Shown in pieces: positions 55,101-64,000 of a stretch of DNA of 64,000 bases. The notes below the pieces were generated by a model that did no database searches, was not told where the DNA came from, and saw only the letters and a list, made by a program, of their open reading frames with translations. Position 1 is the stretch's first letter; each line of letters opens with the position of its first letter. The translations under genes and the position numbers were made by a program. Source of the stretch: Caecitellus pseudoparvulus (Eukaryota; Protista; Bigyra: Bicosoecida); NCBI GenBank assembly GCA_965644315.1, contig CBFFRQ010000045.1, positions 1-64,000 of the forward strand. Direction: 5' to 3'.

Positions 55101-55555
55101 TGCAGCAGGTGCAAGCGGATGCAGCCAAGGCTGTGGCCGCGGCGGAGGCCGCCACGGCTGAAGCTGCCTCTGCTGCTGAGGCAGTGACTGCGGCAGAGGC
55201 TGCCACGGCAGCTGCCGAGGCACGAGCGACTGCGGCAGAGGAGGCGGCTGCCGCGGCACGTGCTGCGCTGCAGGAGGCCAAGGCTGACGCGCGACGCAGC
55301 GGCGAGATCCTGGAACGGGAGAATGTGCAGCTGCTGATTGAGCTGCGGTCGGTGCGTGCTCAGGCAGCAGCAGCGGCGGCGACAGCCCAGGCGCCGGCAC
55401 CAGCGCCGCCAGCGCCTGCTCCATCCGGCAAGGCTGTCTTGACGCCGGTGCAGCCCAACACCCCCGTCGCGCCGGTATCCAGCCACAAGGCGCCGCCTCT
55501 GCAGGGGGCGGGGGTGGGCGAGGAGGAGGAGGCGGGTGAGTGCCAGCAGCAGTGA
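52139..55555 (+). CDS. Kinesin, CENP-E/kinesin-7-like (multi-exon)
   Basis: KVKVAVRVRPL, FAYGQTASGKTHTM, TDMNARSSRSH, LVDLAGSE, IPFRESRLT, RETWCP, long coiled coil; 4 short introns. Confidence 0.9.
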
Positions 55556-55628
55556 TGGTGCTGGCAGTCACGTGACGTGTGTTGCAATGCAGAGCGCCGC
55601 TGTCGCGTGGGCAGGTGCATTGGGTCGG

Positions 55629-57977
55629 TCACGCGGAGCTCGGGGCCAGGGTGAGGTCAAAGGACTGCGCCTCGCCCGCCGCCAAGTCCACGGCAGTGGC
55701 CATGTGGCGCGCAGCGAGGGGGTTGGGGCCGGCGCTGGCAGGCACGCCCAGGTCCAGCGCCGCGACACAGGGTGTGGCCACGAGGCGCCCCGCGCTAAAC
55801 TGCAGCAGCAGGTGCGGCAGGGCGCCAGCGTCCCACGTCACGGCCACCCCCGCCCCGCTGTGCAGGGCAGAGGTGAGGGTGAAGGCGCCCTTCTCCACGC
55901 CACACACCTGCACGGTGCCGGCCAGGGGCTTGGCGCTGCCTCGGGGCAGGGCAGGGAGGGAGGTGAGGTCCAGAGGTGCCCGGCCCGCACCCCGGCCAGC
56001 GCCTGCCCCCGCCACTGCCACCGGCACAGAGGCCAGGGAGGTGAAGTTCTGCGCGGGGGCCAGGGCGGTGGTGGCCTGGCCGTCGGCGACAGCGGCGTAA
56101 GGAGCCGTCGTGCCGTACTCGAAGTCGCCGATGGAGAGGTGGGCGGCGTCTGCGTCACCCTGAGGCAGGCGCAGGGCCACAGGCAGGCCCAGCGGCAGCC
56201 GCACGTCCTCACGTGGCGTGACGGTGGTGGTGATGGTCACACCGTGCCCCCCAGTCCGAGCTGCGATGACGCGGCGAAGGGAGGCTAGTGGGTGCCCGGC
56301 AGGCAGGCTGCAGGACAGCACCAGCCTGGCGTTGGCGGCATCCACCAGGTCAGGCACAGACGCCAGGCTGCCGCTCTGCACCTCCGACCCCGCCTCCTCC
56401 ACAGCCCAGGCCAGGTGTGCGGCCGCGCCGTCCATGACAGCACCCAGGTCTGTCACGGCAGCTGCCCGCACCGCTGCGCCATGAGCGCCCTCGGCAGGTG
56501 CAGGCGTGCTCGCGGCGGCAGCGGCGCCCCACTCCCCAGACACCTTGGTCAGAGTGCGCGTGCCGCCCAGAGGCACGGCGGCACCTGCGCCGTGCACAAG
56601 GTCCAGGGGGGTGCCGTGCCCGGTGAAGTGTGGCACCACGACGCCCCCCACAGCATGCACCGTCACGTGCCCCCCAGAGCACGGCAGTGTCCACACGTCC
56701 CCCTCCAGGGCGGCGTCAGACACCGCCCCCAGCAACGGCTCCTGGTGAGGAGACGCCGCCCCCGCTGCTGCAGCCGCCGCAGCCACGTCTGCGGCAGAGG
56801 CGGGGTCTGCCAGCGCCCCCGCGAGTCCAGTGGCGCGCGGCAGCAGGCGTGCCCAGCCCCCTGCGTCCCCCACCACCGCCACATCGCCGCGGGTGTCGTA
56901 GGAGAGACACGAGACAGAGGGCGTGGCCCCCGCCCCCGCCGTTGGCGCTGCCACTCGCAGCAGGGGCAGGCACAGGGCGCCGGCGTCATCCCGCGACACG
57001 CTGCGCAGCGCCACGGCGCCGTCGGTCCACCCCGTCATGAGGATGCCGTGTGCCGCTGCAAAGGTGCACGCGGTGATGCGGGCACTGGACCGCCCCTGCC
57101 CCGCCAGCTCCTCTGCCAGGTCCAGCACCTGTGTCTTGCCGCTGGCGATGTCCCACACCTGCAGCGCCTGGCCGCCCGTGGCCACCCCCAGCAGGGCCTT
57201 GAAGCCGTCCAGAGGCGCCAGGGATGCCAGGCCTGTCGCGCCTGCCTCCACCAGGGACGCCGACAGGCCCTTGGCGCCCAGCCACGTGCCGTCCTTCAAC
57301 GCGTACAGGTGCACGGCGCCACAGGCGTGCCCCACGGCCAGCACGGGCTTGGCGGCGCTGCCAAAGGTGGCCAGGGACACGACACGCGCGTCGGCGTCGG
57401 CTGACAAGGCGGCTGAGGCGGGGGGGGCGTACGCAGTCACATGGCGCTCTCGCCCCATGAGCGTGTACAGAGCGGCGGTGCCGTCGGCATGCCCGACGAG
57501 GAAATGGTCATGCCCCCACACGCCCACAGACGTGACGATGCCCGTGCCACCCCCCACGGAGGCCGACGCAGGCGCCGTGCCAGGCGTGGCCCCGGCACCC
57601 GCAGCCTGCGCAGCGGTGGCGATGGTTTTGACCAGAGACAGGTGCTCCGTGTCCAGAATCTGCGTCGTGCCGGCGGTGGTGCCGACGACCAGCACGTTGC
57701 CCAGCATGGTGGCAGCTGCCGTGGCTGAGCAGGTGATGCGCTCCGCGTCAAACACCGTGCGCACACGGCGGTCACCTGCGGGGTGCGGCCAGCGCGGCGT
57801 GGTTGGCTAGCGCACTGGTGCAGGTCAATTCCCGCACGCCACGCCAGCGCACTCACTGGTGCGCGGGTTGTAGCTCGTCACGTGCGACTCCGACACCACC
57901 AGTAGGGAGGGGCTCTTGCCCTTGATCCTGTCAAGGTACGCCCCCAGCACTTTGCCCTCTCCTGCCTCGCCAAACAT
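55629..57977 (-). CDS. WD40 repeat protein fused to a degenerate galactose-mutarotase-like domain
   Basis: N-terminal half has WD-like repeats (LVGHADGTAALY, LQVWD, LMTGWTDGAV). C-terminal half is beta-rich (PAGHPLASLRRVI, VRLPLGLP, VTWDAGALP, NPLA). One intron near 57.78-57.86 kb. Confidence 0.65.
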
Positions 57978-58508
57978 GGCGGCGGAGGAGGCGGCCTGCG
58001 CAGGGGTGGGAGGAGGCAGGGAGCGAGTGAGCCAGGTGCCCCGCCAGTGCAGCCGCTCGCATGCCGCACCTTGCTGCTTGAGGAGCCCATGATGAGTTGG
58101 GTGTGGACAGGGACGGCAGGGCCACTTCCGGCTGCAGTGCAGTGCAGGTGAAGAAGGCCGCCGCAAGCAAGTCACGCAAGTGAGCTTCTGCGGCGAGAAA
58201 GGGAGAGAATGCCACTGCGGGGCCGCGCCCTGGGGCATGTGTTGAAGGGATTGCTTTGAGAGTGCACGGAAAATGAACGACGCCTGGTTTTGCGTTTCGG
58301 GAGCACAACAGCAGCCCCAAACTGTGTGCACGGTCCGAGCGACTTCAGGTCTCACTGCCCTATCTCGCCCACTTCGCACGGGGGAGGAAACTCGACAATT
58401 TAATCAACTTCAATGTTCCATACTGGTCCTGTCCCCAACGGCCAAAACCCTCCAATTGCACCTTGCGTGGCCTGGCCGCCGCTCGTATGCGGAAATCGAA
58501 TGCAAGTC

Positions 58509-59960
58509 ATGGCCGGCAAAGCCTTGAAAGTGCGTGCAAGGGCGTGCGTGCTTGACGTCTTGGGCCTTTCCACGCACACTTTTCCATGTTCCATCCTTTC
58601 AGGCTGTTCGGGGCATGCAGGACCTGCATGGGGTTGCTGCAGGGCGTTTCGACGCGGCGCTGGCTGCGATGACAGGCGTACTGCGCAGCTGTGGCTTTGC
58701 ACGCGTGCACACGCCCATCGTGGAGCACCGCGCGACCTTCACTCGCAGCCTGGGGGCTGAGACTGACATCATTTCTAAGGTGGGCCCTGCCCCTGCCGCG
58801 CTGCGCACGCTGCAGCGCAGCACTCGCCCGCCCTGCCTGCACAGGAGATGTACAGCGTGGGCGGCAGTTCGGAGGAGCTGGTGCTGCGGCCTGAGGGCAC
58901 GGCGGCGGTCCTGCGCGCGCATTTGGGAGGGGGCGGGCACCGCGGTGGCGTGGCGCGTTCGTATTACGCAGGGCCCATGTTCCGCCACGAGCGCCCCCAG
59001 TCAGGGCGTCTCCGGCAATTCACACAGGTGGGCGCAGAGGTGCTGGGCGCAGCGGGGCCGGGGGTGGACGCAGAGGTCATTGGCACAGCGTGGAGGAGCG
59101 TGCGGTGCGCCCTGGACACTCTGGCGGGGGGCGCCGCACCGCCAGTGGAGGTTCTGGTGAACTCCCTCGGCACAGCGCAGGAGCGGCAGTCGTACACGGC
59201 AGACTTGGCGGTGTACTTGGCGGCGCACGCAGAGGCGCTGTCCCCTGGCTCCCGTGCCAAGCTGCAGTCTGGGCACGTGCTGGGCGTGCTGGACAGCAAG
59301 GCGCCCCAAGACGCCTCAGTGCTGGAGCACGCACCCATGCTGCCGCAGCATTGGGGCGCGGACACTTCTGCCGAGTGGGAGCAGTTGACAGGCACACTGC
59401 AGCGGTGGGGAGTGCCCTTCCGCCACACGCCTGGCCTGGTGCGGGGCCTGGACTACTACAACGGCACGGCCTTCGAGGTGGTGGTGGCGGGTGGCAGTGG
59501 CCGCGCACTCACCCTCGCTGGTGGGGGGCGCTACGACGCACTGGCCACAGCGCTGGGGGCGCGGGCACCCCTGCCAGCTGTCGGGTGGGCGGCGGGGCTG
59601 GAGCGCCTGCTGGCGCTGACTGGCGGCGCAGAGAAGGACGCCCCCCCCCCCTCCACACCCCTCATCACCGTCACCCCCCTGGAAGCGGCACCTGACGTGC
59701 TGGCCCTGGCACAGGACGCTGCCTTTGCCCTGCAGGGCGTCGCTGCCCAGCACGGGTGGCGCGTCGTGGCCCCAGTCACCGCCCGCAAGGCGCCCAAGGC
59801 CATCGCTGCCGCCGCCTCCGCTGGCGCCTCCGTGGCTGTGTTGGTGGGACAGGCCGAGGCGGCAGTGGGGAGTGTCGCCTTGCGGCACTTGCATTCCAGA
59901 CAGCAGGTGACAGTGCCAGTGCATGAAGCAGAGCAGTCGCTGCAGCGCCTGCTGCGGTAG
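58509..59960 (+). CDS. Histidyl-tRNA synthetase, bacterial/organellar type (multi-exon; start uncertain)
   Basis: VRGMQD, TPIVE, KEMY, LRPEGTA, GPMFRHERPQSGRLRQFTQ, LVRGLDYY, GGGRYD, GLERL. Confidence 0.93.
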
Positions 59961-59980
59961 TGGGCCGGCAGCAGCTCCCG

Positions 59981-61446
59981 TCAGCTGTCTGCAGCGGGCG
60001 GCGTCGCTGGTGGCGCGGGGGGGGGCGGCGCCCACAGCGCCACGGAGCTGTCTGCAGACGCGATGAGGGCGCAGGAGGGGTGCATGGCCACCGCTGTGAC
60101 GGGGCCGCTGTGCTTGGCCAGTTCGCTGATGGTGAGCTTGGGGTCCACGCTGACGCCTGCGGGGGGAGAGATGGCCGACGCCTCCGCCCCCAGCGGGTAC
60201 GCCGTGGGGGTCCACTTCTTGAGCTCTTGCCTGTACTCCACGTTGGCGAAGGTTTGGGCGGCTAACTCGTCGGCAGTCGGCGCCTGGGGCATCTCGTGCA
60301 TGTCGTACGCCCACACCCGCCCCTGTTCATTCCCCGTGACCAGGAAGCGGCTGTCGGGCGTCATGACGCAGCCGCTGCCCGCCAGGCCGTGCGTGGAGGC
60401 GACGGTGACCTCAGGCAGGGCGTCCTTCGGGTCCTCGCACGGCGACGCGTCCAGCACAATGCAGCCGTGTTGCTCACAGGCGGCGACGAGGAAGCGGTTG
60501 TCGGCGGAGAAGGCCAGCCCCTGGAAGTGCAGGGGGCGGTGGGGGGAGGAGGCCACGCGGCTGCCGCCCTCCCGTGTGGCGATGCGGCGCGAGGCGAAGG
60601 GCGCGTGGGCGTTGCGTGCGTCGAACAAGGACACAGTGTGGTCGGGGCTGGCCACGGCGAACACTTGCCCGGAAGGGTCCACCCCCACGCTGCCACGCCC
60701 CAGCACGCCACTGGTGACCTTCTTGCCGCGCGCCGCCTCCACGTACTTGTTCAGGCTGCCATCAGGCAGGGTGGGGGAGGGGTACGCCAGCATGCCGGTG
60801 TGGGCGCAGTTGGGGCTGCGCACGTCCCACAGGCGGAAGGTGCCGTCCAGGCTGGAGGTGAGGAAGGTGTCGCTGCCAGGTCGCATGGCGATGTCCGTCA
60901 CCGTCGCGACGTGCCCCTTGAAGATGCGCACGACCTTGTTCTCGTACAGGCTGTGGTACATGAGCATGCCTGCCCAGCAGCGGTGCGAGGAGGGCGTGTG
61001 AAGCATAGCAGGTGCTTGGAGCGGCCAGTGCTTTGCACGCACCTTGCGCACGAGCGCTGTTGGTGCCGTCGTACCGCCCCGCAAAGAGGACGAACTGGGA
61101 GTGGTGTGTAAACGTCACTGCCTGGCAGCCTGATGCCTTGAAACTGTACACTGCTTCCGGCTTGCCTGTGCGTTGGCGTGGGATGAGTGCTTGGCCTGGC
61201 CGAATTTCCGCACGCTGCCCCGCCTTCCCACGCACCGTCAGAGCTGCGAATGACCTGCACGGTGCGATCGTTGAAAGAGCCGGCCAAGTACATGCCATCG
61301 TCGCTGAAGCTGAGCTTGTTGCAGCGCCGGTCCTGCGCCTGCTCCGCCTTCAGCTTGCCATTGCCGGCGTTGTGCAGGACAGCCGACGGCAGGAAGCTGC
61401 CCAGCAGCGCAGGGGTCAGGGTGACCGGCCCGCTGGACGCCGCCAT
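59981..61446 (-). CDS. WDR82: WDR82/Swd2-like WD40 protein (multi-exon)
   Basis: YHSLYENKVVRIFKGH, DTFLTSSLDGTFRLWDVRSPNC, DPSGQVFAV, LFDARN..APF. Confidence 0.85.
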
Positions 61447-61543
61447 GCCTGCCGTGGAGCGTGAAGTGTGCGGCACGGGGCGGAGTGGCGCCGGCGGCAG
61501 GCTCGCTTGGGCAGTGCATTTTGAAGGGGGCAGTGGCAGTGTC

Positions 61544-63734
61544 TCATTTCTTGCTCGCGGCAGCAGCGGCAGCCGCGTCTAGGACAGAGTTCACCTTTGC
61601 GATGAGGGTGGCGACGACGTCGCTGTCTGCCAGCGTCGTGATGTCGCCCAGCTGGTCCGCCTCGCGGGAGGCGATCTTGCGCAGCACCCGGCGCATGATC
61701 TTACCCGAGCGAGTCTTTGGCAGGGCCTGCGTCAGGACGATGTGGTCTGGCGTGGCGAAGGGGCCGATGCCCTTGCGCACCTGCAGGCGCAGCTCGGACA
61801 GCAGGCCTGGCGTCTCCTGCACGCCCTCCACCGGCGTCACGTAGCAGCAAATGCCCTCGCCCTTGGTGCTGTGCGGGAAGCCAATCACCGCCGCCTCAGC
61901 CACGCTGTCGTGCTCCACCAGCACAGACTCGATTTCAGCGCTGCCCAGGCGGTGCCCTGACACGTTCAGCACGTCGTCCACCCGCCCCGTGATCCACAGG
62001 TACCCGTCCTTGTCCCTGTACCCGCCGTCCCCCGTGAAGTAGTACCCCGGGAACGGCTTCATGTACGTGTTCAAGTACCGCTGGTGGTCGCCGTACACGG
62101 TACGCGCCATGCCTGGCCAGATGCCTTTGACACACACCATGCCAGCCACGCTGTTACCCTGCAACTCCGCGCCCTCCTTGCTCAGCAGTGCAATGTCGAT
62201 GCCAAAGAAGGGCAGCGTGGCGCTGCCGGCCTTGGTGGGGGTGGCACCGGGCAGAGGCGTCACGATAATGCCACCCGTCTCTGTCTGCCAGTACGTGTCC
62301 ACGATGGCGCACTTGCCGCCGCCGACGTGGCTGTGGTACCACCTCCACGCCTCCGGGTTGATGGGCTCCCCCACGCTGCCCAGCACACGGAGAGAGGAGA
62401 GGTCTTTGCCCTCCAGGGGCTGCGTGCCGAAACGCATGAGGGCGCGGATGGCGGTGGGCGCCGTGTAGAACTGCGTCACCTTGTACTGCTGCACGAGGTC
62501 CCAGTACCGGCTGGGGTTGGGGTACGTCGGCGTGCTCTCGAACATGAGCGTGGTGGCGCCGTTGGCCAGGGGGCCATACACGATGTAGGAGTGCCCAGTA
62601 ATCCAGCCACAGTCCGCCACGCACGCATACACGTCTCCCGGGCGCACGTCGAAGACGTACTTGTGCGTGAGCATGGCGTACAGGATGTACCCCGCCTGGG
62701 TGTGGGCGACGCCCTTGGGCTTGCCAGTGGAGCCCGACGTGTACAGCAGGAACAGGGGGTCCTCCGCATCCATGGTGACGGGGGCACAGTACGGCCGCGC
62801 TTTGGGCAGCTCCTCGCTCATCTTCACGTCCTTGGCGCCGTAGGACACCAGGTGGCTGCCCGTGTGCTGGTACACAAACACCTGCTCAATGCAGGCACAC
62901 GCCGCCACCGCCGCGTCACATGTCGCCTTCAGGGGGATCGTGCGCCCTCCCCGCTTGCCCTCGTCTGCCGTCATGAGCCAGCGACACTTGGCGTCCAGGA
63001 TGCGGTCCCGCAAGCTGTCGGCGCTGAAGCCAGCGAACACGACCGAGTGCACTGCGCCGATGCGCGCACAGGCCAGCATGGCGAAGGCCAGGTCGGGGAT
63101 CATGGGCATGTAGATGGCCACCGTGTCGCCCTTGCGCACGCCGTGCGCCAGCAGCGTGTTGGCCACCTTGCACGTCTCAGCCAGCACTTGCTTGTATGTG
63201 AAGGTGCGGCTGGTGCCGGGCTCATCCCCCTCGTGGATGATGGCCACCTGGTCCCCCCGGTCTGCCAAGTGCCGGTCGATACACTGGTGCGACACGTTCA
63301 GCTGCCCACCTACAGGAGGATGGCGAGCGTGGCATGCGCCTGGGTGCAGCGCTTGGGCGCAGCGCTGGCCGCCTCACCTTCAAACCAGCGCACGTCGCCC
63401 TCCATGAAGCTGCCGCCGCACGTGTCCGTGAAGTCACGGAACCAGAACAGGTTCTCGCGCGCCATGCGGGCCCAAAAGCTGGAGGGATCCGTCACGCTCT
63501 CGGTCCACAATGCCTTGTACTCCTCCATGCTCTGGGCGGTGGGCGAAGGTGTGTGAGACTGCTGCAGCGGCGTGGTGGCAGGCGGCGGCAGCACCTCACT
63601 TGAATGTGCGCACCCTCTTGCGCGTGGGGAGGAACGGCATACTTCACTGCACCATCACGTTCGTCAATGTCCCCGTCGTCCACCCGGGCCTTCTTGGCGG
63701 GGCTCTCCGCGGTGTCAGTCGCAATCGCTGCCAT
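61544..63734 (-). CDS. ACS: Acetyl-CoA synthetase (AMP-forming), 3 exons
   Basis: LYTSGSTGKPKG, ADCGWITGHSY, GEPINPEAW, DTYWQTETGG, PKTRSGKIMRR. Confidence 0.96.
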
Positions 63735-64000
63735 GCTTGCTGTCCAGCGTCCAGGTGCACTGCACCTCTGCCGGCTGCTGGCCTTTCACTGGGCAGGTGA
63801 GTAAGGGGGGTGGGCTACAGTGGGCTGCGTTGAATTGAATTCAGGCCCTGACCTGCATGAAACGGCTGCTGTGTCCCTGCCCACGCTTCCTCCCGCTCCG
63901 GGGGCGCCAGCCACCCCTGCAAGGCCAGCCAGCCCGGCTGCGTTGCGGCGGGGTGGACGGCGAGAGTTGCAGGAGCACAGAATGTGAACCTTGCCAAAGC

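Overview
Gene-dense, GC-rich eukaryotic DNA with short (about 60-80 nt) GT-AG introns, from a flagellated protist (it has an axonemal dynein; a stramenopile-like origin is only a guess). Housekeeping genes, left to right: outer-arm dynein heavy chain, an EP400/Eaf1-like protein with a dead SNF2 ATPase, PGM3, an alpha/beta hydrolase, GCDH, an FMR1/FXR-like KH protein, RPS6, tRNA-Lys(CTT), a MerC-like protein, SRPK, a CENP-E-like kinesin, a WD40/mutarotase-like fusion, an organellar HisRS, WDR82 and acetyl-CoA synthetase. There are two accessory regions. (1) 1-5011: a complete PIF/Harbinger transposon (TIRs, adjacent CTG, two convergent genes) inserted in the dynein coding sequence. (2) About 32.7-47.3 kb, between RPS6 and tRNA-Lys: four intronless paralogues built from a constant N-cap, a variable number of 38-aa ankyrin-like modules that vary most at predicted binding positions, and a constant C-cap. 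They form an inverted two-gene duplication around a low-GC island. One paralogue is split by an apparently intact tyrosine-recombinase retrotransposon (Ngaro/PAT-like, A1-ORFs-B1-A2-B2) that entered through a 3-nt GTT core. Its ORFs appear to be linked by a -1 overlap, an in-frame UAG and a second -1 overlap. The variable ankyrin-module locus and this element are the best candidates for something undescribed. All calls are by eye, without database searches.
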